DNA of 64,000 nucleotides from Promethearchaeota archaeon (GTDB lineage: Archaea; Asgardarchaeota; Hermodarchaeia; Hermodarchaeales; Hermodarchaeaceae), in the NCBI GenBank assembly GCA_048939595.1, contig JBHLPI010000003.1:2366-66365 (forward strand). The letters are read 5' to 3'. Within the stretch, counting starts at the first letter, position 1. Each line of letters opens with the position of its first letter. Below are positions 19,501-27,770 of this stretch, one piece after another. A program made the position numbers and the translations under genes. Under the pieces are notes generated by a model. It saw only the letters and a program-made list of their open reading frames with translations, was not told the origin of the DNA and did no database searches.

Positions 19501-20130
19501 GTCCTTTTCTAATCGAGTGTATTCTAGTCGAATTTCTTCAGTACGAAGTTGTACCATATGCAGGTTTCGATCAACTTTAACTAATTCGCCTTCAATTTGC
19601 TGCTTCTTTTCATCAAAGACAGAAATTCCAGCAACTCCCTCAACAACCTGCCGAATTTCTGTTGGGGTCATTGTGATGACATTGGCTAATTCGTTTTGCA
19701 TTACAATATTATGACCTTCGGGGTGTAATCCAGCGACAGCAATTGTGTCAATCATTTCGGTCCGGGTGACCCGTTTACCCCCTATCCTGTAAGCACTAAT
19801 TCCAGTTTCGTCAACTTCGCGACTAATGGTAACTTCATCAGCATCAATAGGAAAATGCCGATCTGCATTATTAAAGACAAGACTAACTCGAGTGAGTTTA
19901 GCAGGAGAATTACTGGTTCCGCCATTGAATAGTAACGAAGCAAAGTTCTCGGCACGAAGAGATTTGCTACTTAGGCGTCCAAGTACAAAGCAAACAGCGT
20001 CCAGAATATTACTTTTGCCACAACCATTTTCACCAACAATTGCGGTGAATCCCCTACTGAGGTCAATTGTGGTTTTTCGTGAACTGAAGCTCTTGAACCC
20101 TTGAATGGTTATTTGTTGTAAATAAGCCAC
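16567..20130 (-). CDS. smc: chromosome segregation ATPase SMC
   Basis: N-terminal Walker A GENGCGKSN, long coiled coils, hinge, signature LSGGEK and Walker B FYFLDEVDEALD; 1187 aa. Confidence 0.95.
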   Translation of the reverse strand: MAYLQQITIQGFKSFSSRKTTIDLSRGFTAIVGENGCGKSNILDAVCFVLGRLSSKSLRAENFASLLFNGGTSNSPAKLTRVSLVFNNADRHFPIDADEVTISREVDETGISAYRIGGKRVTRTEMIDTIAVAGLHPEGHNIVMQNELANVITMTPTEIRQVVEGVAGISVFDEKKQQIEGELVKVDRNLHMVQLRTEEIRLEYTRLEKDRKDALRWREITDNLTQLERDLVFAELARVEERLNAMKEEFETYSSAIKELETQRKEAKERKLELEQHALVDEKKIKEIDQKQRGKELEETRTREILKGLLLTSDKLTKEKALLSASVDHLSSKHLEEQTRYSELNEEIKALKAEETSLKAQIAPIRTRLSELSKETISPDAEYLSLREQILELTQVIETKKSELGETSALNHVTEKRVSDLKTQIENSYALLPEQEYARDEAQAECQNLETQIHNLESEVAELLNQKDAFQLSMQEKLDKQDELNSLIQDSKEELLEAQTRLKTIREFKKYGLTRKAATEATLKFAKENKISGVYGTLGSLGKTSTKHATALEVAGGGRLDFIVVDTEETATKCIEHLKKSRIGRATFIPLDTIKTNPYSQKSDQKGVVGNAMDLLTFDEKYRPAFDYVFGRTLIVKDLKTARNITAPSVRKITIDGDVVEPNRTLTGGFYKGLSSFTLEEETRIPELQKKLKELRALQTKIAAEYKEWLDRISELDSQVSQKQHQLEEVKTNFNKTNELATAQEEELIDFKESISKLRESLKDEQDSHQSLIDKFQTDQSEINELIDKRKELQESLSLLERSSLDPNLTGLRTQLDDYESQLQETQLKLTEKVSEARYSQSEIKRLSEEFSNAKAELEQNEKELATTQEQIQEHQNKIETLEAEVNNLNEQIHSIEERIRESEKETQQLGITIDELFDKINEERMNQSKIEGRIENWQERYDAQKEKTQGLEPPLLPLEPVQVHSLRRQISELQQEREQLGLINQKAVERFEEIRHAYDEILEKETRIREEREAILDAMRKAEEEKFRVFMAAFNSISQNFTDVYQQLTQGEGELELENPENPFLGGMRMKIRPAGKRVQYLDALSGGEKALTALTFMFALQLHQPAPFYFLDEVDEALDPNNADRVARLIANLAENSQFLIISHNEITIRLAKTILGVALVDGVSQVFSVQFEEGLLMIEGTSKT

Positions 20131-20153
20131 GTGAAAAACGCCTACACTCTTAC

Positions 20154-20160
20154 TTTTATA
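20154..20160 (-). promoter_or_regulatory. TATA-like box upstream of smc
   Basis: TATAAAA on the minus strand, 24-30 nt upstream of the smc GTG start. This would give a leaderless or near-leaderless mRNA. Confidence 0.4.
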
Positions 20161-20269
20161 GTTTGGTCAAACGCCCCTGAGAGAGGCATTTCCCATAGAA
20201 AAAGGTCTCGAACCTACTTCTGAATGCGAAATGCGTGAGTATTTATTGAAATCTGTTGCACGTCGGGAT

Positions 20270-20650
20270 TTAGCTGGTACCAATCTTTTCAACCGCAGAG
20301 CGAAGACTCCGAATAATTAAACCTAGACTGGGAGCGGCATCTTTTCCGGCGATGGCAATGACTAGGGTTTTTGACGCAGTGACGGCCACGGTATAACCTT
20401 TGTCTGTTTCCAGATACATCGATTGTACTGGACCTTGATCGACAGCTTTGCTTACAGTTTTTGTTTCCTTCAAGAGAGTAGTGACGCTTGAAGTAATTGC
20501 ACTATGGTCCATATCTCGCAGAGTTTGTCCAGCAATTACCTTACCTGTTTGAGAGGCTGCAATAAGCCCTTCAAGTTCGGGTATAGTGTCCATTATTTCT
20601 GCAAGAATCTGTTCAACTTCTTTCTTTCCGAGCATGAAAGCCACACCCAT
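20270..20650 (-). CDS. Roadblock/LC7/MglB-family protein (RB1)
   Basis: EQILAEIMDTIPELEGLIAASQTGKVIA...VTTLLKETKTVSKAV..GPVQSMYLETDKGYTVAV...TLVIAIAGKDAAPSLGLI; typical Roadblock secondary-structure pattern. Confidence 0.75.
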   Translation of the reverse strand: MGVAFMLGKKEVEQILAEIMDTIPELEGLIAASQTGKVIAGQTLRDMDHSAITSSVTTLLKETKTVSKAVDQGPVQSMYLETDKGYTVAVTASKTLVIAIAGKDAAPSLGLIIRSLRSAVEKIGTS

Positions 20651-20781
20651 CGCCAGAGAATCTTGGCAATATGGTTGCGATAAAAAGAATTGGGTTTCCT
20701 TGGTTTAAAAACTGTCCGTCAGAAAGACAGAAAGAGTAGATTTTTTCAAAACTTCGCCATTATCTCCGAACAAGAGGGAAC

Positions 20782-20789
20782 TTTTATAA
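20782..20789 (+). promoter_or_regulatory. TATA-like box upstream of RB2
   Basis: TTTTATAA about 50 nt upstream of the ATG at 20836, with GGAG 4 nt before the ATG. Confidence 0.35.
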
Positions 20790-20835
20790 CTTCAATAAGA
20801 GACCACTAGTCAGTGGCTAGAGAGTGTGGAGTACA

Positions 20836-21123
20836 ATGATTGGCGGAAAAGCACTAAAAGACTCACTCAAACGCCTCGGCGCTCATGAAGGTGTTCGGGG
20901 TGTGATCATCACAAATATGGAAGGTCTACCAATCAGCTCCAATTTGAACGCAGAAAAAACTGAAGTCATCGCAGCACTGGTTACTTCACTTGTAGGCAAA
21001 GCCAAACGTGTTGTAGATGAACTAGGAGAGGGCGGTATGAATTTTCTCACCATCTCAACACCTCGAGGAGAAGTCATGGTCGCCCCCGAAGAAGACTACA
21101 TTCTCATCGTCATGCGAGGATGA
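20836..21123 (+). CDS. Roadblock/LC7 protein, dynein-LC7/LAMTOR2-like (RB2)
   Basis: [27 protein letters not shown]...[15 protein letters not shown]...[26 protein letters not shown]. It is collinear with my recollection of eukaryotic DYNLRB. The ATG at 20836 is preferred because GGAG precedes it; the track starts at the GTG at 20824. Confidence 0.8.
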   Translation: MIGGKALKDSLKRLGAHEGVRGVIITNMEGLPISSNLNAEKTEVIAALVTSLVGKAKRVVDELGEGGMNFLTISTPRGEVMVAPEEDYILIVMRG

Positions 21124-21203
21124 GGACCCCACGTTCTCCACACAAGAATTAAAAGTCATCTCCCTAAGATAAGCTCGGCTAGCCCCATGGAAAGGGATGA
21201 ACC

Positions 21204-21674
21204 GTGTCCATAACCGTACGACAATTTGATGAAATCCTCTCTGATGTCATCAAATCTGAACCAGGAATCAAAAAAACAATTCTGGTCGACCGAACAGGAT
21301 TAACTATAGCCCACGTTTCCAAATTCTCATACTACCCTGTTGACGTGGACGGCATTGGTGCAATTGCTAGTGCTGTTTTTTGTGCAAGTGAAGAACAGGG
21401 AAAGAGCTTGGATGTAGGTGATTTGACAATCGTGACATCGGAGTTTGGTGATGGTAAGATCTTTGCAGCTGGTGCAGGAAAAGGTGTTTTGTGTGTGATT
21501 ACCGATAAGGAAGTTAATATCGGTATGATACGCCTAACAATGATGAAAGCAGCAGCTGAACTTGCAAAGGTACTTGACGAGTTTATGGCCGAAAAACCCG
21601 CAGTGGCAGCTGGAAAGACAGACGCCGAGCGGGAAGAGCTTAAAGCCGCCTTAGGAGAACTCGAGAAGGGTTAG
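21204..21674 (+). CDS. Roadblock/LC7-family protein with charged C-terminal extension (RB3)
   Basis: FDEILSDVIKSEPGIKKTILVDRTGLTIAHV...IGAIASAVF...LTIVTSEFGDGKIFAAGAGKGVLCVITDKEVNIGMI, plus a helical acidic tail. Confidence 0.7.
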   Translation: MSITVRQFDEILSDVIKSEPGIKKTILVDRTGLTIAHVSKFSYYPVDVDGIGAIASAVFCASEEQGKSLDVGDLTIVTSEFGDGKIFAAGAGKGVLCVITDKEVNIGMIRLTMMKAAAELAKVLDEFMAEKPAVAAGKTDAEREELKAALGELEKG

Positions 21675-21721
21675 TGGGGACGGGATAAGAGCAACGCGAA
21701 CATAGAAGGAGCCGTCCTACT

Positions 21722-22309
21722 TTGAAGAAAGACACACAGGGAAGAATACATTTTAAAATCGTCTTCTGGGGACCCTCGTTATCGGGCAAGACAACAGCGC
21801 TTCGATGGATATATGATAACATTGAAGGGTTAAATAAAGGTGGCTTCACGTCGGTTGCAGATCATACAGGAAGAACTCTCTTTTTTGATTATACACCAAT
21901 GCAGGCAACAGCGCAGGTAGTTTTTGATGTTTACACAGTTGCTGGACAGCGACGTCATCGGGGACAGCGAAAGGTCATCTTAAGCGGTGTTGATGGCATT
22001 ATTTTTGTTGCAGATTCATCTCCGGATCAGATGGAAGCAAACATCGAAAGTATGGCAGAGTTGCGTTCCTTCGTTAGTGAAGATCTTGGGCACTCCATAA
22101 GTCTTGTAGTTATGTTGAATAAGCAGGATTTACCCAGTGCAATGAAAAAGAATGTCATGCTTGCGAAGCTGGGATTGGGAAACGCGCCAAACTTTACCAC
22201 TTGCGCCTTAACAGGTGAAAATGTTAAACGCGCGTTTCGCCAAGTAACTCGCGATATCTTGATGTACCATTTGTATCCTAAGACATCTGCAAAAGCATCC
22301 GCGAGCTAG
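21722..22309 (+). CDS. MglA-type small GTPase
   Basis: P-loop GPSLSGKT, GRTLFFDY (switch I with Arg), YTVAGQ (switch II), VDGIIFVADS, MEANIES and NKQD. AAGGAG lies 10 nt upstream of the TTG start. Confidence 0.8.
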   Translation: MKKDTQGRIHFKIVFWGPSLSGKTTALRWIYDNIEGLNKGGFTSVADHTGRTLFFDYTPMQATAQVVFDVYTVAGQRRHRGQRKVILSGVDGIIFVADSSPDQMEANIESMAELRSFVSEDLGHSISLVVMLNKQDLPSAMKKNVMLAKLGLGNAPNFTTCALTGENVKRAFRQVTRDILMYHLYPKTSAKASAS

Positions 22310-22316
22310 AATAACA

Positions 22317-22700
22317 TTGATGATCCCGAGTTCACCAGAAATTGAGAAAATTTTGGAGAGTCTAACAGACTCGGTTGAGGAGATTGAAGCGGCGGTTGTC
22401 GTTGGTGTCGATGGTTTACCTATAGCAGCAAAACTTCCAGAAGGATATGATGAGACATTGCTAGCTGCGATGAGCGCCGCTTTACTTACAGTTGGTGAAC
22501 GGGCAGCATCTGATTTAGGAAAAGGTGCATTACATCAAGTCTTTGCCCAAGGTGGAACGGGAGCAGTAATTATGGTTGCGGCGGGATCGGATTCAGTTTT
22601 AATGGTTAGCACAAACACTGAATCACTAGCAGGTCTGGGTCTAGTCTTTATCAACATGGAACGTGCCGCAAAAAAAATTGCTCAAAAATTAGACCGATAA
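22317..22700 (+). CDS. Roadblock/LC7/MglB-family protein (RB4)
   Basis: IEKILESLTDSVEEIEAAVVVGVDGLPIAAKL...AAMSAALLTVGERAASDLGKGALHQVFAQGGTGAVIMVAAG; starts 7 nt after the GTPase stop. Confidence 0.75.
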   Translation: MMIPSSPEIEKILESLTDSVEEIEAAVVVGVDGLPIAAKLPEGYDETLLAAMSAALLTVGERAASDLGKGALHQVFAQGGTGAVIMVAAGSDSVLMVSTNTESLAGLGLVFINMERAAKKIAQKLDR

Positions 22701-22768
22701 TTGCTTAGATAGGTTCTGAAAAGAAAGGTTATATATCCTGGTCTTTTGGCTTTAGTCGGAGACTGCTC

Positions 22769-23536
22769 TTGACAAACCTTGTAGGACCAATCTATCATCT
22801 ATATTCATGGTATCTTTGGCGCCAAATTAAAGACAACCCGATGCCAACCCATGTAGGGATAATTTTAGATGGCAATAGACGATTCGCCAAAGAACAAAAC
22901 CAAGACAGTAGTTTTGGGCACACCGCTGGGGCCCAACGAATTGATGAAGTCCTTGACTGGTGTTTTGAAGCAGGCGTAAAGGTTGTTACAATTTACGTAT
23001 TTTCAACTGAGAATTTTTCACGAAAGGAAGAAGAAGTTCAGCATATCATGGATTTAGCACAACAACGATTTGAAACTGTAGCACGATCAGAGGTTGTACA
23101 TCGCCATAAGGTCCGCGTTCGGGCAATAGGTCAGTTAACACTCCTTCCTTCTTCGGTACTAGATGCAATTCAAGAAGCAGAATCAGCAACTGCCAGTTAC
23201 GATAAATTTCAACTGAATGTGGCAATTAGTTATGGTGGACGAACAGAGATAGTCGATGCAGTGAAGAGTATCGCGGAAAAAGTTCGAAGTGGATCTTTAC
23301 ACCCATCAGAAATTACAGATTCCACGATAGAGAAACATCTCTATACCGCAGGGATAGCCGATCCAGAATTAATCATTCGAACATCTGGAGAAGAAAGACT
23401 CTCCGGGTTCTTATTATGGCAATCAGCGTATTCTGAGCTATATTTCGCGGATGTATATTGGCCTGATATCAGGAAAATAGATTTTTGGCGTGCCCTACGT
23501 ACTTATCAGCATAGAGACCGAAGATTCGGTAATTAG
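22769..23536 (+). CDS. uppS: cis-prenyltransferase (undecaprenyl/dehydrodolichyl diphosphate synthase family)
   Basis: HVGIILDGNRRFAK, IRTSGEERLSGFLLWQSAYSELYF motifs. Confidence 0.9.
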   Translation: MTNLVGPIYHLYSWYLWRQIKDNPMPTHVGIILDGNRRFAKEQNQDSSFGHTAGAQRIDEVLDWCFEAGVKVVTIYVFSTENFSRKEEEVQHIMDLAQQRFETVARSEVVHRHKVRVRAIGQLTLLPSSVLDAIQEAESATASYDKFQLNVAISYGGRTEIVDAVKSIAEKVRSGSLHPSEITDSTIEKHLYTAGIADPELIIRTSGEERLSGFLLWQSAYSELYFADVYWPDIRKIDFWRALRTYQHRDRRFGN

Positions 23537-23547
23537 GAGAATACCAA

Positions 23548-23967
23548 ATGAAGCGAAAAAAGAATAACTCATTGGCTGTGTTAGTTGATAGTAGTTTTTC
23601 ATCAGAACTTCCAGAGACTTTAGTCAAACTTCGACCACTATTAAATGAGCTTGGCGACATAAAGGTAGGGAAAGTTATAATTTTACAAAAGCAGGCTGCG
23701 GAATATTCAAAGCTAATAGCCCACGAAGGCTTCATTCCAGTTATTGTTCATGATGATCTCGATATTCATTTCGCCTTAGAGGCAATGGAGTTTATTTATA
23801 ACGAAAAAATCGACACTATTGCCCTCGCGACGGATAATGAAAAACTTCTTCCTCTATTAAGCCGTGCCCGGGAACTTGGAAAAGAAGTGATACTGCTCTT
23901 TTCAGCCGATAGAGTAAATTCAGGATTACAGAATGCCGCAGATGTAGTGCTCTCAATTGCCAATTGA
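23548..23967 (+). CDS. NYN/LabA-like (DUF88) domain protein
   Basis: LAVLVD... DIHFALEAMEF... IDTIALATDNEKLLPLLSRARELGKEVILL pattern of the PIN-like NYN fold. Some acidic positions look substituted. Confidence 0.5.
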   Translation: MKRKKNNSLAVLVDSSFSSELPETLVKLRPLLNELGDIKVGKVIILQKQAAEYSKLIAHEGFIPVIVHDDLDIHFALEAMEFIYNEKIDTIALATDNEKLLPLLSRARELGKEVILLFSADRVNSGLQNAADVVLSIAN

Positions 23968-23972
23968 GTTTC

Positions 23973-24842
23973 CTACAACAATCCCCGTTTCATAAGTAAA
24001 GAAAATTCTTCCATGGTCAGCCGTTCTCCCCTTTTATGTTTCTCGAGAGCAACGGAGGCTTTCTCCTCAAGACGTTCTTCCATGGCCTGAATCTTCTCAA
24101 CGCGTTGTCTTACGCGAAATTCACCCAATTCTTTTCGTAGTCGGCTATTCTCCTGTCTAGCCTCAATATATCGGCGATGTGTCTCATCAGCTTCACGGCG
24201 TGTCTCCAAATACTGGCGATGCGCTTCGTCAGCCCGTTTTCGAAGTGCATCAACTTCTGCATAAGCCTCAATCATAGCTTGGTTCTCTTCTTGAGAAAGG
24301 CGAGCAAATTCAAGAACTGAATTATGATGAGCATTCATCAGTAGTCTAAGATCCTCAATTTCGGTTCGCGCCTTTGCGCTTTCTTTGCGCTTGGCTACTG
24401 CCTCTTCAGCAACTTTCAATTCAGCTTCGAGTTCAGCAATTTGATCTATGATTTCGCGTTCTCGTTTTAAATCTAAAACCTGTGTTTGCAAAGACCAATC
24501 TAGTTCACGGATTTTTCGACGAAGGACATGGGAAGGAGCAGAAGTTTTTTTCTGAATTTCTTCTGCGTCTTCTTCATTTCCTTGTTTTTCATCAACTTTG
24601 TCTTTTAGTTTCGAATATATTTCATCCCGTTTGACTTTGAATTCAGCTACCTTTTGGTTATACTCATCACGTTTTTCACGGTGATCGCGAGCCTTAGAGA
24701 GCCATTCTGCAACTTGTGCATTGAGCTTATCCCTTTCTTTAACTAGCTTTTGAGCCTCGGTATTCAGCTCATCTCTTTTCTCGCGCAACGTAGCAGCTAG
24801 CCGGTTTATTTCGGCTAGCTGAAGAACAGCGTCCTCCGACAC
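23973..24842 (-). CDS. archaeal coiled-coil protein (COG1340-like)
   Basis: Almost entirely heptad-like Glu/Lys/Arg-rich helices; 289 aa, the size class of the conserved archaeal coiled-coil family. Confidence 0.55.
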   Translation of the reverse strand: MSEDAVLQLAEINRLAATLREKRDELNTEAQKLVKERDKLNAQVAEWLSKARDHREKRDEYNQKVAEFKVKRDEIYSKLKDKVDEKQGNEEDAEEIQKKTSAPSHVLRRKIRELDWSLQTQVLDLKREREIIDQIAELEAELKVAEEAVAKRKESAKARTEIEDLRLLMNAHHNSVLEFARLSQEENQAMIEAYAEVDALRKRADEAHRQYLETRREADETHRRYIEARQENSRLRKELGEFRVRQRVEKIQAMEERLEEKASVALEKHKRGERLTMEEFSLLMKRGLL

Positions 24843-25376
24843 TATACCACCTTATGTAAGAAAACGTATCATGGGATTTTGGAGTTAGAGGGAGTATAGA
24901 AGAGGGATTTTTAATCTTTTTGTTATACTTTTCCCTTTTTTCAACGTGGGGAGTAATTATCTGAATAACTATCCGCACCCCTCTCACCTAGAGCCTGAAA
25001 AATCACCGTAAACCCATTTACCCTTAATATGCCTTCGATGCTGCTTACTTACAAAAACCCCATCAAACCCATGAAGGCTCAAGACCCAATCTTATGGGCT
25101 CTCTGAAAAATGTCGTCTTCTCTATAACTTTGCCCTCGCTGAAAAACTAACCTTACAAAGCCAAAAACTGCGTATAAACCCTTTACCGACGTGCAACAAC
25201 AAAATGCCCTTCCAGCTCTTAAAGTTCAGTATCCTGAATACAAGAGGGTCTACTCGAAGGTTCTGCAAATAACTATTCGTCGACTCGATGGAAGCCTCTA
25301 AAGTGATGTAGGGGTAATTCATAACTAACGGAGCTTTAAACCCTAACAAGCATTGCTTCACTAAAGAATAAAGAAT

Positions 25377-26111
25377 CTATTGAGATTTGTCAGGTTCTTC
25401 TAAAATTATTCGGGCATCCACACATTTAGCTCCCTTGGGGTAAGAAAACACGGGATTCAAATCAAGCTGATTGATAACTGGGTAGTCCATTACTAACTTT
25501 GAGATTTGAAGCAAGATATTCATCAACGCTTTAATGTCACGAGGTTCCTGCCCTCGTATGCCAGTAAGTATGGGATACCCCTTGATATCTTGAATCATTT
25601 CTTGAGCATCATATTTGGTGATTGGGGCAACCCGGAAGCTGACATCCTTAAGAACCTCAACAAAAATTCCCCCTAAGCCAAACATGAGAGCAGGACCGAA
25701 TTGGGGATCTTTTAATGCACCTATAATGACTTCTACTCCCTTGGCAGCAAACTCCTCAACAAAAACTCCCAGGATTCTTGCGTCTTTTTTATGCTTCTTA
25801 ACACTAGAGATAATACTCTGATAACCGTCTCGAACTGCATCGGCATCTTTGAGATTAATTAGAACTCCCCCTACGTCACTTTTGTGAATGACATCAGGAC
25901 TTAGAATCTTAAGAACAATTGGATAACCAATTATATTTGCGGCTTTGACAGCGGCGTCTTCAGTTTCAGCAACTTGAAAGATAGTTACAGGTAACTTGTA
26001 GAGTTGCATTATTGTTTTAGATTCGTGTTCGAGGAGATAAGTACGGTTTTCTGAACGAGCAGTTGAGATGATATCATCGACTTTCGACATACAGTTCACC
26101 GGGTAGCTCAT
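25377..26111 (-). CDS. ADP-forming acetyl-CoA synthetase beta subunit (ATP-grasp)
   Basis: LLEHESKTIMQLYKLPV... GYPIVLKILSPDVIHKSDVGGV ... LDLNPV motifs of ACD beta/ATP-grasp_5. Confidence 0.8.
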   Translation of the reverse strand: MSYPVNCMSKVDDIISTARSENRTYLLEHESKTIMQLYKLPVTIFQVAETEDAAVKAANIIGYPIVLKILSPDVIHKSDVGGVLINLKDADAVRDGYQSIISSVKKHKKDARILGVFVEEFAAKGVEVIIGALKDPQFGPALMFGLGGIFVEVLKDVSFRVAPITKYDAQEMIQDIKGYPILTGIRGQEPRDIKALMNILLQISKLVMDYPVINQLDLNPVFSYPKGAKCVDARIILEEPDKSQ

Positions 26112-26153
26112 ACATCAAGCGATGCCAGATTAAAACCTTTTAGTCGAATAACA

Positions 26154-26921
26154 TTATCTAAACACTTCAAACCCCTCTCCCCTTGTTAAGACATTCGAGA
26201 TTTGAGAAAATAGAATGTCTAAATTTTCCATATTCATGGCGGACACAGGAACTACATCTAGCCCAGAAAAGATACGCTGGATCGCACTGATTAAGTCACT
26301 CGAGAGTTCAATTTGCAATTCGTTTCGTGTTTCCTGAAGCGCGAAAATAAGTTGAGCACTATCATCAAGCCAACTCATTAATTGCTCCAAGTCCTCATCA
26401 CTAAGAAGGTCTGCTCTCGATAATACATTAAGCTGAGGCAAATTAAAGCGTACTAAAACAGAGGCAGAAAGTAAAAGCGACGAAACCATTCCAGCGGGAG
26501 TTTTACCTAATGCAGCGTCAACCAGATAAATGAGCATTTTACTCTCTTCAGCAAGACTTGATACGATAATTGGCCCTGTCTCTCGAAAAGCAAATAATTC
26601 AATTTGCCCCGGGGTATCAAATAGCATGAAGTCTACGCCAAGGTCTTTGATTTCCTCTTGAAGATTTTCTAAGTGGGAACTTATTAAATCGATAGAGGCA
26701 ATCAGCCCACCATTGGGACCTAAGTTATATTTTTCCATGATTCCTTGCAGTGAGACGAAATCTCGAACATCGATATCAGGTCCATAAGGAAGTTGTAAAA
26801 CACCCGGATCGAGATTTACCGTACCGACACTGATCTTTGAATCTCTAAGCCATTGAGCGAATTGATTCGTGAGAGTTGATTTCCCAGATCCTGCGGTACC
26901 AACAAAATAGATTGCGTGCAC
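26154..26921 (-). CDS. GPN-loop GTPase
   Basis: P-loop GTAGSGKST, NLDPG and the eponymous LGPNGG motif. Confidence 0.85.
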   Translation of the reverse strand: MHAIYFVGTAGSGKSTLTNQFAQWLRDSKISVGTVNLDPGVLQLPYGPDIDVRDFVSLQGIMEKYNLGPNGGLIASIDLISSHLENLQEEIKDLGVDFMLFDTPGQIELFAFRETGPIIVSSLAEESKMLIYLVDAALGKTPAGMVSSLLLSASVLVRFNLPQLNVLSRADLLSDEDLEQLMSWLDDSAQLIFALQETRNELQIELSSDLISAIQRIFSGLDVVPVSAMNMENLDILFSQISNVLTRGEGFEVFR

Positions 26922-26929
26922 TTTCTATT

Positions 26930-27676
26930 TTACACCCCTGGTTTGAAATTTCGAAGCTTTCTTACCAAGTCTTCGGTTTCCTTGAGAGGAGAGAGATAGA
27001 GAGGGATTTTTTCAACCTCGGCGATTTTGCATGCCACAGGATCTACTTTTTTGGGTCCATGGAGGATGACAACAGAGGGGCGAACGGCGGGACCTAATCC
27101 CATTTGTGATGTTCGAATAGCAACCATTGGTGAGCGACCTGTAGTGACTCGGGTAAAAATTGCTGCACGATGTGGAGTTGCCCCATACAGTTTCAGCATT
27201 TGCTCAGGAGTTAATTGAAGAATTGCTCGGAGACTATCAATTGTTGTGTATCCAAAGATTTCACGATCGTGAACGACATCTTGAACAATCGTTTTGCACT
27301 CGAGGTGATCGGTAAGTAGTTTTACAGGAATCGCAGCAGAAAACTCTCTTATATCTAAAAGAATATCAGAAGGAATCTCCTGGCCGAGTAACCGGATGAA
27401 GGCTTTTACGATTTGGCTTCCTCGGCTTTCATCTATCGATATTAGACTTTCAGCGAATTTTCGAATTGTTTCAACTCGAGGGGATTTCCTCCGACCACTT
27501 TCATAATCACTTATCACTGAAGGAGAAATCCCAAGGTGAGCGGCTAATTCATGCTGAGCGACACCAAACTGTTCGCGCCATTTTCGCATGATTCGCCCAG
27601 GATTCTCGGCTAAAGTAATTTCGCCAGCTATACTTCGGAGTAAATTTTCGCGTGCGCCTTGCTCCATTGTATCCAT
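26930..27676 (-). CDS. archaeal HTH (XRE-type) putative regulator
   Basis: HTH FGVAQHELAAHLGISPSVISDYESGRR. I chose the ATG at 27676, preceded by GGAGGT. The long N-terminal extension in the track ORF overlaps the divergent gene. Confidence 0.7.
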   Translation of the reverse strand: MDTMEQGARENLLRSIAGEITLAENPGRIMRKWREQFGVAQHELAAHLGISPSVISDYESGRRKSPRVETIRKFAESLISIDESRGSQIVKAFIRLLGQEIPSDILLDIREFSAAIPVKLLTDHLECKTIVQDVVHDREIFGYTTIDSLRAILQLTPEQMLKLYGATPHRAAIFTRVTTGRSPMVAIRTSQMGLGPAVRPSVVILHGPKKVDPVACKIAEVEKIPLYLSPLKETEDLVRKLRNFKPGV

Positions 27677-27770
27677 AGAATTACCTCCCACCTTAAAGAA
27701 TCTTTGATGACTCCCTCCCACTATAAATAGTTGAAAGTATAAGACGCGAGGCGAAAGGATTAGGTGGCTT

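Noticed and set aside
16567-20130. Several 60-134 aa plus-strand ORFs inside smc (for example 18941-19345, 19826-20104).
   Set aside because: They lie antisense to a strongly supported 1187-aa gene. Their Ser/Phe/Leu-rich low-complexity translations are what is expected opposite Glu/Lys-rich coiled-coil codons. They are shadow ORFs.
25122-25361. 79-aa minus-strand ORF inside the long 24.8-25.4 kb gap.
   Set aside because: It has no recognisable motif and I did not identify a ribosome-binding site. I kept it only as a note within the gap finding.
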